A stretch of DNA of 25,712 nt from Gemmatimonadaceae bacterium (GTDB taxonomy: Bacteria > Gemmatimonadota > Gemmatimonadetes > Gemmatimonadales > Gemmatimonadaceae), in NCBI GenBank assembly GCA_033763905.1, contig JANRJP010000105.1:1-25712 (forward strand), in the 5' to 3' direction. The stretch's first letter is position 1. Every line of letters begins with the position of its first letter. Shown here in pieces: positions 9,378 through 16,712 of the stretch. Under the pieces are notes generated by a model. It saw nothing but the letters and a program-made list of their open reading frames with translations, was not told where the DNA came from and did not search any database. Position numbers and translations under genes: made by a program.

Positions 9378-10280
9378 ATGCGTCCGCGGCTGGCGGTCAC
9401 GCTCGGAGACCCGCGCGGGATCGGGCCTGAACTCGTTGCCGCGGCGTTGCGCGACGCCGCCCTGTTGGACATTGCCGAGTTGGTGCCGGTCGGACCTCGG
9501 GGCACCGAAGTCGATGTCGTCGAGTCGGTCGGTCGGTGGACACCCGGCGGTTCACCGGCCGAGGCTGGCTCGCTGGCGGGTCGTGCGGTGGAGCGCGCGG
9601 TGGAGTTGGCAGTGGCCGGCGGTGTGCACGGCATCGTCACTGCGCCGCTCGACAAGCACGCGTTGGGCGCCGCGGGCTACCACGACCCGGGACACACCGA
9701 GTTGCTGAGTCGGCTGACCGGCGCGCCGACCGCGATGTGTCTGGCGAGCGATCGGCTGCGGGTGGTGCTGGCAACGACCCACGTCCCGCTGCGCGCGGTG
9801 CCGGAGGCGCTCACGCACGAGGCGATTCTGGGCGCGGCTCGGCTCACGATCGCCGGGCTGACCGAGTGGTTCGACATTGCGTCGCCGCGCGTCGCGCTCT
9901 GTGCGTTGAATCCGCACGCGGGCGACGGGGGCCGCTTCGGGACCGAGGACGATACGCTGCTCGCACCGGCGGCGCGTGCGGCCGGGATCGCCGGTCCCTT
10001 TCCGGCCGATACGGTCTTCGTCCGCGCGATGCGCGGTGAATTCGATGCGGTGATCGCCCCGTACCACGACGTCGGGATGACGGCGATCAAGGTCGCGTCC
10101 TTCGGGTCGGCGGTGAATCTGACGTTCGGCTTGCCCTTTCCGCGGACGTCTCCGGATCACGGGACGGCGCTCGACATCGCCGGGCAGGGCATCGCCGACC
10201 CGTCGAGCTTCTTTGCCGCCGTACGCCTCGCCGCGTCGGCGGCGACGGCGCGCCGTCGGCGGTTGCTCGGGCACCGCTGA
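9378..10280 (+). CDS. pdxA: 4-hydroxythreonine-4-phosphate dehydrogenase PdxA
   Basis: TLGDPRGIGPE, VTAPLDK, PGHTE, LNPHAG, GPFPADT, YHDVG and RTSPDHGTA, with the three metal-binding His retained. 300 aa. Confidence 0.95.
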   Translation: MRPRLAVTLGDPRGIGPELVAAALRDAALLDIAELVPVGPRGTEVDVVESVGRWTPGGSPAEAGSLAGRAVERAVELAVAGGVHGIVTAPLDKHALGAAGYHDPGHTELLSRLTGAPTAMCLASDRLRVVLATTHVPLRAVPEALTHEAILGAARLTIAGLTEWFDIASPRVALCALNPHAGDGGRFGTEDDTLLAPAARAAGIAGPFPADTVFVRAMRGEFDAVIAPYHDVGMTAIKVASFGSAVNLTFGLPFPRTSPDHGTALDIAGQGIADPSSFFAAVRLAASAATARRRRLLGHR

Positions 10281-10297
10281 CCGTCGGTGGCCGCCTC

Positions 10298-11215
10298 GTG
10301 ACGCACGCGCACCACCACCACGCGCCCGGGGAACACTGCGCGCATCACGCGGCGCCGGTCCGGACCTTGCGCGTCGTCCTCGGCTTGACGGCGCTGTTTT
10401 TTGTGGCGGAAGTGCTGGGCGGGCTCTGGTCGAACTCGCTGGCCCTGCTTGCCGATGCGGGCCATATGCTGAGCGACGTGGGCGCCTTGGCGTTGTCGCT
10501 CTTCTGCGCCTGGATTGCCCGGCAGCCGGCGGGGGCGCAGCGAACCTTCGGCTATGTGCGCGCCGAGATCCTCGCGGCATTCGTCAACGGCAGTGTGCTG
10601 CTCCTGATCTCGGCGGGAATCGCGTGGGAGGCGGTCGGGCGGCTGGTGACGCCCGAGCCCATCGCCACCGGCACGATGCTCCTCGTGGCCGTGCTTGGGC
10701 TCATCGTCAACGCGGTCTCGGCGTGGCTGTTGCACGGGCACGCGTCGTCGTCGTTGAATGTCCGGGGCGCGTACCTGCATGTGATCGGGGATCTGCTGGC
10801 GTCGGTGGGGACGGTCGCCGCGGCGCTGATCATTCGCTGGACCGGCTGGGCCGCCGCAGATCCGGTCGTTTCGATTGTCACGACCCTGCTGATTGTGCGG
10901 AGCGCGTGGCGGCTGGTCCGGGAATCGGTCGATATTCTGCTGGAGTCGGCGCCGCGGGAGGCCGATGTGTCGGTCGTGCGGGACCGGCTCCAAGGCATCG
11001 ACGGGGTTGCCGGCGTGCACGATTTGCACGTGTGGACGGTGGCGACCGGTGTGGTTTCGCTGACGGCCCACGCGGAGGTTCGCGAGGGGGCGTCGCACGC
11101 GGCAGTGCTGCAGGCGGCGCATACGATGCTGCGGCGCGACTTCGGCATTGGTCACATCACCCTGCAATTGGAGCCGGTGGGACTGGCGATGCACGAGCCC
11201 GGGCTCCACGCTTAA
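10298..11215 (+). CDS. Cation diffusion facilitator (CzcD/ZitB-like Zn/Co/Cd exporter)
   Basis: His-rich N-terminus, SLALLADAGHMLSD, TFGYVRAE, NVRGAYLHVIGD and VHDLHVW..HITLQLE. The HxxxD/HxxxD site indicates the Zn clade. Confidence 0.93.
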   Translation: MTHAHHHHAPGEHCAHHAAPVRTLRVVLGLTALFFVAEVLGGLWSNSLALLADAGHMLSDVGALALSLFCAWIARQPAGAQRTFGYVRAEILAAFVNGSVLLLISAGIAWEAVGRLVTPEPIATGTMLLVAVLGLIVNAVSAWLLHGHASSSLNVRGAYLHVIGDLLASVGTVAAALIIRWTGWAAADPVVSIVTTLLIVRSAWRLVRESVDILLESAPREADVSVVRDRLQGIDGVAGVHDLHVWTVATGVVSLTAHAEVREGASHAAVLQAAHTMLRRDFGIGHITLQLEPVGLAMHEPGLHA

Positions 11216-11247
11216 GCTGTCCCTCCACGCCCCTCAGGTTTCCACGA

Positions 11248-12810
11248 ATGGCCCAGCTCGATCGATTGCTGTCGGTGATGGTGACGAACCGCGCCGACTC
11301 CATAATGCTCGTCGAAAACGACGTGGCGAAGATGCTGGTGCAGGGGGAGCCCAGACCGCTCACCAAGTCGCCGCTGTCGGCTGGGCAGATCGTGGCCTTG
11401 CTGCGGGAGATCGCGCCGCCCGATGCCGCCGCGCTGTTGGCTGCGGGCTCGCCGACGACCTTCCGCTACGACAACCCCGACGGCTCGTTCGGCGTGCGGT
11501 TGCGGGCCGAATCCGGCGCGTGGCATTGCAGCATTGCGGTGGACGACCACGGGGCGTTCCAGCGGATGACGGGCGCGATCCGCGCGATCCCCGACGACGA
11601 GCCGCCGGCGCGCGCCTCGACCCCGCCCGCGGCGGCGCCCTCGGTGAGCGCCGGACCGTCGTACGAGGCGGCGCATCAGATGATCGACGAGTTGCTGCGG
11701 ACGCTGGTGACGAAGGGTGGCTCCGACTTGCATCTGCGCGTGACCGAACCGCCGATCATTCGCCTCCACGGCGAAATGGTGCGGCTCGAGGGCAAGGCGC
11801 CGATCGACAACGAGCAGCTCTACGCGATGCTCCTCAGCATTATGCCGGAGCGGAATCGCAACGAGTACGCCGAGCGCAACGACACCGACTTCGCGTACGA
11901 AATCGAAGGCGTCGCCCGCTTCCGCGCCAACGCGATGAAGGAGCGCAAGGGCGTGGCGGCAGTCTTCCGCGTGATTCCGGCGAACGTGGTGACGGTGGAG
12001 CAGCTCGCGATTTCGCAGGAGGTGCAGAATCTCTGCCACCTGACGAAGGGGCTGGTGCTGGTGACGGGCCCGACGGGGTCGGGCAAATCGACGACGCTGT
12101 GTTCGCTCGTGGACCTGGTGAACCGGATCCGCACCGATCACGTGATCACGATCGAGGATCCGATCGAGTTCGTGCACCAGAACAAGAACTGCATCATCAC
12201 GCAGCGGCAGGTCGGGGTACACACCGATTCGTTCAAGAGCGCCTTGCGCGCGGCGCTGCGTGAGGATCCCGATGTGATTCTGGTCGGCGAGTTGCGCGAT
12301 CTCGAGACCACGTCGATCGCGATCGAAACCGCCGAAACGGGTCACTTGGTGTTTGGCACCCTGCACACGACGACGGCGGCGAGCACGATCGATCGCATCA
12401 TCGACCAGTTTCCGGCGGACCGGCAGGATCAGATCCGCACGATGCTGTCGGAGTCACTCAAGGGTGTGATTTCGCAGACGCTGTGCAAGAAGATCGGCGG
12501 CGGCCGGGTGGCGGTGCGCGAGATCATGCTGCACACGCCCGCCCTCGCGAACCTGATCCGGGAAGGGAAGACCTTCCAGATCCCGTCGATGATCCAGACG
12601 AGCCGCAAGTTCGGGATGATCACGCTCAACGACGCGCTCTTCGAGCTGGTCGAGAAGCGGCAGGTCGAGGTGAAGGAGGCCTACACCAAGGCCGTCGACA
12701 AGGGCGGGTTCGTCAACCAGCTCAAGTCCGCCGGCCACGACGTGTCGTTCCTCGAGGCGGACGACGACGGCAAGAAGTCGTCCGCACGTCCGGCGCCGGC
12801 GCGCCGCTGA
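11248..12810 (+). CDS. pilT: PilT/PilU-family type IV pilus retraction ATPase with an extra N-terminal domain
   Basis: Start set at ATG 11248 (MAQLDRLL), 520 aa. SDLHL, Walker A GPTGSGKS, Asp box TIEDPIE, Walker B LREDPDVILVGELRD, His box TGHLVFGTLHT and ALANLIRE (AIRNLIRE-like). Confidence 0.9.
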   Translation: MAQLDRLLSVMVTNRADSIMLVENDVAKMLVQGEPRPLTKSPLSAGQIVALLREIAPPDAAALLAAGSPTTFRYDNPDGSFGVRLRAESGAWHCSIAVDDHGAFQRMTGAIRAIPDDEPPARASTPPAAAPSVSAGPSYEAAHQMIDELLRTLVTKGGSDLHLRVTEPPIIRLHGEMVRLEGKAPIDNEQLYAMLLSIMPERNRNEYAERNDTDFAYEIEGVARFRANAMKERKGVAAVFRVIPANVVTVEQLAISQEVQNLCHLTKGLVLVTGPTGSGKSTTLCSLVDLVNRIRTDHVITIEDPIEFVHQNKNCIITQRQVGVHTDSFKSALRAALREDPDVILVGELRDLETTSIAIETAETGHLVFGTLHTTTAASTIDRIIDQFPADRQDQIRTMLSESLKGVISQTLCKKIGGGRVAVREIMLHTPALANLIREGKTFQIPSMIQTSRKFGMITLNDALFELVEKRQVEVKEAYTKAVDKGGFVNQLKSAGHDVSFLEADDDGKKSSARPAPARR

Positions 12811-12833
12811 CGCGGCGCCGGCGCCGCGTCAGC
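12806..12833. terminator. Perfect 28-bp palindrome at the pilT/anti-sigma convergent junction; candidate bidirectional terminator
   Basis: GCTGACGCGGCGCC|GGCGCCGCGTCAGC. Both stop codons sit symmetrically in the arms. No U-tract. Confidence 0.6.
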
Positions 12834-13644
12834 TCTTCCGCTGCGCCAGGAGCGCCACGCGTTCGCGGGTCGACACGACCACGCCGCCCGGACGCTCGAC
12901 GGTCACGGCAAACATCACCGCTTCGCCCACCGGGACGCGCGCGCGAATCGGAATCATCGCTTCGGTCACGCCGGTCGGGATGTCGAACACGCCACCGTCG
13001 ACCGGATACCGTTCGTCGCGGCTGCGATCGAAGATCCACAGCTGATACTGCCACGCGGTCCGGTCATTCGGCGCGAGTCCGGCAATGCGCATCACACCGG
13101 ACTGCGTCGGATCACTCCACACCACGTCTCCGCCGGCCCCCAGCGCGGTGCGGTCGGTGGTCGCGGTCCACTCCAAGCGAAGCGCCGCGTTCGGCTGCGC
13201 AAGGAGCCGCGACCGCAATTCGGCGGGCGAGACCGTGGCAACCGGTGCTGGCGTCTCCCGCGACGGGCCGCGAGGCGCCGCGACCCAGAGCAGCGCGGCG
13301 GCGGCAGCGACGAGCCAGCCGCCCACCGCCCACGCCCGTGACGACGTCACGCGCTCGGCCGACGTGATGCGGGGAAAGACATCGGACAGTGCCGATGGCG
13401 GCGTGCGGCCCACGCGTGCGGCGACGGCCGGCCGCCCCACCGAGAGGTCCAGCGGACGCTGGGCCGCCGCACCACGCACGGCGCTGACGCCATCGCGAAC
13501 CACACGCGCCGCGAGAAATGGCGGCAGTTGATCGTCCGCGGCGGGCAGCTCGGCGCCCAACGCCGCGGTCAGTTCGGCGGCGGCCTCGGCGTCTCGCGGG
13601 TCGAGCCGAATCGCGCGCGCGAGGTCGTTCGGATCGTGTTCCAT
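12829..13644 (-). CDS. RskA-family anti-sigma factor
   Basis: Single TM helix (GGWLVAAAAALLWV) and a C-terminal RskA-like domain (YQLWIFD..PVDGGVFD..FAVTVERPGG). Start overlaps the sigma stop by 1 nt. Confidence 0.88.
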   Translation of the reverse strand: MEHDPNDLARAIRLDPRDAEAAAELTAALGAELPAADDQLPPFLAARVVRDGVSAVRGAAAQRPLDLSVGRPAVAARVGRTPPSALSDVFPRITSAERVTSSRAWAVGGWLVAAAAALLWVAAPRGPSRETPAPVATVSPAELRSRLLAQPNAALRLEWTATTDRTALGAGGDVVWSDPTQSGVMRIAGLAPNDRTAWQYQLWIFDRSRDERYPVDGGVFDIPTGVTEAMIPIRARVPVGEAVMFAVTVERPGGVVVSTRERVALLAQRKS

Positions 13645-14255
13645 CAGCTCATCTCCGGATCGACGGGGGCCGTCGTGCCCGTGGGGGCGCCACCGGCACG
13701 TGCTGCCAGCAGGGCGCGGGCCCGGTCGAGGCCGCGCTTGATGTGCGACTTGACCGTGCCCAGGGGCGTGTTGGTTTCGCGGGCAATCTCGTCGTGCGTG
13801 CGGCCGTGCAGCAGCGACAGTTCCAGCATCCGTCGCTGCGCGGGGGCGAGCTCCGTCAGCACCTGACGCGCCATCGCGATGCGATCATTGCGGTCGACGT
13901 CCACGCTGCGGTCGTCGACGATGTCGAAGCCATCGGGAATCACTTCGAGCACCGGCTGCCGCTCGCGCCGTCGGGCGCGATCGATCAGTCGGCGACGGGC
14001 AATCATTGCCACCCAGCCCGCTTCGCTGGCCCGCGACGTCTCGTAGCGGCCGGCCGTGCGCCAGAGATCGGTGAAAATCTCCTGCACGGCATCTTCGGCG
14101 TCGGCGCGGTCCGGTGACCACCGACGCGCGAGCGACCACACGAGCGCGCCGTACCGCGCGACGCACTCGCCCACGGCGCGTTCGTCGCCGGCGGCGATCC
14201 GGGGCAGCAGCGGCTCTGGTGGTGCGTCGATCACAGGTGCAGGCACGGCGGACAC
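13644..14255 (-). CDS. ECF RNA polymerase sigma factor, SigK-like
   Basis: Region 2 DAEDAVQEIF..W and WVAMIARRRLIDRARR; region 4 GRTHDEIARETNTPLGTVKSHIKRGL. GTG start with a GGAGGGGG RBS; paired with an RskA-like gene. Confidence 0.93.
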   Translation of the reverse strand: MSAVPAPVIDAPPEPLLPRIAAGDERAVGECVARYGALVWSLARRWSPDRADAEDAVQEIFTDLWRTAGRYETSRASEAGWVAMIARRRLIDRARRRERQPVLEVIPDGFDIVDDRSVDVDRNDRIAMARQVLTELAPAQRRMLELSLLHGRTHDEIARETNTPLGTVKSHIKRGLDRARALLAARAGGAPTGTTAPVDPEMS

Positions 14256-14298
14256 GTCACCCCCCTCCCGAGAGGCCGATAGTGGACGATACGGGAGT

Positions 14299-14326
14299 AT
14301 TCGTCGGCGCGGCGCGTACGGATGCA
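14299..14326 (-). promoter_or_regulatory. SigK-type promoter upstream of the ECF sigma gene (autoregulation)
   Basis: Minus strand reads T-GCATCC-GTACGCGCCGCGCCG(15 nt)-ACGAAT. This resembles the mycobacterial SigK consensus CCATCC-N15-CCGAAT (recalled from memory). A matching site lies at 22665-22692. Confidence 0.75.
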
Positions 14327-14349
14327 GCCGACCGCGGGAGCGGCGCCGG

Positions 14350-16032
14350 TCACCGGAGGGTCAGCCGGGCACGCAGATGGAAGCTCCCCGCGCGATAGCG
14401 AGCGGCCGCGTCCTGCGCGAAGGGCGAGGCGACATTGGCGATCATCACGCCGCCGCTGACTTCCTGCCCCGGGACCGGCCGCCACAGTACACCGAACGAG
14501 GCCCGCTGGGTGCCCCGCGCGTCCGCCGGATCCGCGCGCAGCTGAATGCGCTGCTCACCGATGCCGGCATCGGCAAACACGTTCCAGCCCAGGTCCTTCG
14601 GCAGTTCGAAGTGCGCCTGCAGTTCGCCGCTCGTGAACTGCTGCGGGGCGAAGTAGCCCAGCCGCACGAACTGATCGTAGGCGAGGTGACGGACGCCGAC
14701 GCCAGCCCAGGTCCCGCGCCGCGGTGTCCAGCGGAGGGCTGCCGTGGCGTTGACGCGCGAGTTCCCCGTGTCGCCGCTCACCCGCGCAAGTTCGACCGAT
14801 CCGAGCACGGACCAGCGCGCCGGCAGTGTCCACGCGCCGTCGATCTCGACGGTGTGGGTCCGAATGCCGCGGGCAATCAGGGGGGCCGTTTCGTCGAAGG
14901 GCAGCGACGTCGCGGTGATGCCGAGGGTGAGGTCGGTGGTCACTTGTCGCATCGCGCGGAGACTCACGATCGGCGCGAACCGCGACACTTCCGCGCCCGG
15001 CGTGGCATCCGTCAGCCGCGCGAGGCCCAGCTCGCCGCGAAGCGTCGTGCGGCCTCCGTTCGGGGTCCAGGTCGCAACGGATCGCGCCGAGAGGCTGTTC
15101 GCTCGGCGGAAGCCGCTCGGGGTCGGGAGTTCGGCGCTGCGCCACTGCACGGCGCCGCTCCACGTGCCGGTCCACGCCGGGGCCGCGCGGCTAGCCGCGA
15201 GGCCGACGCTGTGCACCTGGTTGCCATCGCTGTCATCGGTCAGCAAGTACTGCGGGCCGCCACCCGAGGCGAGATCGGCGCGGACCCAGGCGCGGAGCTG
15301 TTGCGCGTCTCCGTTGTCGGGATCCAGCCGCAACGCCTGGTCGAGGGCGGTGCTCGCCGATGCCGGGCGCCCCATCCAGCGTTCGACCTGGGCGAGCCCA
15401 ACCAGGGCTTCGACATCGTTCGGGCGCTGGGCGAGAATGGCGCGCCACTGGGCGGCGCTCCGGGCGAGATCGCCACGCCAGGCCGAGACGCGCGCGAGGC
15501 CGGCTTCCGCGTCGGGGACATTGCCCGAGGCGGCCAGGGCGCGGTAGGCGCGTTCCGAATCACCGAGCCGGCCGTCCCATGCGTAGACCGTCGCTTGCAG
15601 CAGCCGGGCGTCCTTGTCGGTTGGCGTGGCCCGGAGCAGCGAGTCGAGTACCTGCAACGAGGCGCCGAAGCGACTCTGCCACGCCAGGGTGCGTGCAAGG
15701 CCGAGTGTGCCCAGACGGTCGTCGGGCTCGAGGCGGCGGTAGCGGCGGAAGAGGGACACCGATTCGTCGAAGCGGTTGTCCCAGGCGAGCAACGTCGCCA
15801 GCCGGAAGACCGCTCGCGACGAGGCGACTGAATCGCGCGCGAGGGCGGCGCTGTAGGCCGCGCGGGCGTCCGGGAAGCGCTGCGACTCCCACGCGCTGTC
15901 CCCCGCGGCGAGTTGGGCAGCGACGGAGGGCTGGGTCGCCGCCTGCGCGCCGAGGGAGGACGTCGCGAGCGGTACGGCAGCGGCGAGCAGCGCGGCGAAG
16001 CGCGGAGCGCATCGGATCACAGGGTAGCTCAC
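14350..16032 (-). CDS. Secreted TPR-repeat protein with probable C-terminal outer-membrane beta-barrel (YaiO/PgaA/BcsC-like architecture)
   Basis: GTG 16032 overlaps the yaeQ stop (alternative start 16020). Signal peptide LGA|Q; at least five TPR-like repeats (LATLLAW, LARTLAW, ATVYAW, LARVSAW, LAQVERW); then amphipathic strands, GYFAP and terminal FHLRARLTLR. Confidence 0.78.
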   Translation of the reverse strand: MSYPVIRCAPRFAALLAAAVPLATSSLGAQAATQPSVAAQLAAGDSAWESQRFPDARAAYSAALARDSVASSRAVFRLATLLAWDNRFDESVSLFRRYRRLEPDDRLGTLGLARTLAWQSRFGASLQVLDSLLRATPTDKDARLLQATVYAWDGRLGDSERAYRALAASGNVPDAEAGLARVSAWRGDLARSAAQWRAILAQRPNDVEALVGLAQVERWMGRPASASTALDQALRLDPDNGDAQQLRAWVRADLASGGGPQYLLTDDSDGNQVHSVGLAASRAAPAWTGTWSGAVQWRSAELPTPSGFRRANSLSARSVATWTPNGGRTTLRGELGLARLTDATPGAEVSRFAPIVSLRAMRQVTTDLTLGITATSLPFDETAPLIARGIRTHTVEIDGAWTLPARWSVLGSVELARVSGDTGNSRVNATAALRWTPRRGTWAGVGVRHLAYDQFVRLGYFAPQQFTSGELQAHFELPKDLGWNVFADAGIGEQRIQLRADPADARGTQRASFGVLWRPVPGQEVSGGVMIANVASPFAQDAAARYRAGSFHLRARLTLR

Positions 16033-16583
16033 GAAGTCGGCTCCTCCACGGTGAAGCGCTCGATCGCTCCCTCCACGGTGACGCCACGAGTAGTCACGTA
16101 CAGATGCCGCTCCGTGGATGATACCGACCACGTGTTGCGACGATCAAGCTGTTCGACGAGCCCATCGATGAGCGCGGACGGGACGGCGTAGAGTTCGAGC
16201 GCGTCGGCCCGGTGGATCCGCTCACCGGCCAGCAGGCGGCGCACCGTGCGCGGGTCCTTGTGGGAATACACCGCGACGCGCGGGGCCGCCTTGGCGGCCT
16301 TGTGCAGCCGAACCGCATCCGGCGTGCCGATTTCGATCCACGCGGTCAGGGCGCCGGTCAGATCGCGGACGCTCAAGGCCGGCTCGTCCGGGTTCGACAG
16401 GCCGCCCTTGGAGAAGGCGAGGCCCTCGGTGTATTCGAGCGCGTAGGCCAGCACGCGCGTGACCAAGTACTCGGGCGTCTCGGAGGGGTGGCAGGCCGCC
16501 TTGACCTCGACGGTGTCGTAGACGCCGCGATCGACGTCGGCGATCTCGAGGGTGAAGGTATAGACGGTCGCGGTGAGAGCCAT
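16029..16583 (-). CDS. yaeQ: YaeQ family protein
   Basis: MALTATVY..IADVDRGVY..HPSETPEYLVTRVLAYAL..LAFSKGGLSNPDEPAL..WIEIGTPD..LHKA is the YaeQ signature. Start reset to ATG 16583, 184 aa. Confidence 0.93.
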   Translation of the reverse strand: MALTATVYTFTLEIADVDRGVYDTVEVKAACHPSETPEYLVTRVLAYALEYTEGLAFSKGGLSNPDEPALSVRDLTGALTAWIEIGTPDAVRLHKAAKAAPRVAVYSHKDPRTVRRLLAGERIHRADALELYAVPSALIDGLVEQLDRRNTWSVSSTERHLYVTTRGVTVEGAIERFTVEEPTS

Positions 16584-16633
16584 TGGCCGGGGCGTGCGGT
16601 GAGACGACGAGGACGAACCGACTGGTGTCGGGG

Positions 16634-16644
16634 AAGCTACGCGG
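16634..16644 (-). promoter_or_regulatory. Candidate housekeeping -10 element (CCGCGTAGCTT) for yaeQ
   Basis: Identical to the 11-mer at 353-363; ends 50 nt upstream of the yaeQ ATG. Confidence 0.35.
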
Positions 16645-16670
16645 CAACCCTTCGGGGCGCCGATGTGTCC
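16644..16670 (+). promoter_or_regulatory. Possible ECF-type promoter (GCAACC-N17-GTCC) for the large receptor gene
   Basis: GCAACC at 16644-16649 and GTCC at 16667-16670, 42 nt before ATG 16713. Generic AAC...GTC pattern only. Confidence 0.3.
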
Positions 16671-16712
16671 CACGGCACGACTCATTCCGTCCCGCCGGGA
16701 CTCCCCCTCGTG

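Noticed and set aside
11205..11246. Three TCCACG hexamers before pilT
   Set aside because: Short, unevenly spaced (19 and 17 nt) and plausible by chance at this GC content.
10213..11247. 865-aa version of the PilT ORF starting at 10213
   Set aside because: The extension overlaps the whole CDF gene in another frame and is compositionally junk; ATG 11248 fits the gene spacing.
16043..16081. Direct repeat CCTCCACGGTGA x2
   Set aside because: Explained by the repeated TVE peptide at the YaeQ C-terminus; only two copies, so not an array.
16212..16712. N-terminal extension of the large receptor (1414-aa ORF)
   Set aside because: It overlaps yaeQ on the opposite strand; the signal peptide begins at 16710/16713.
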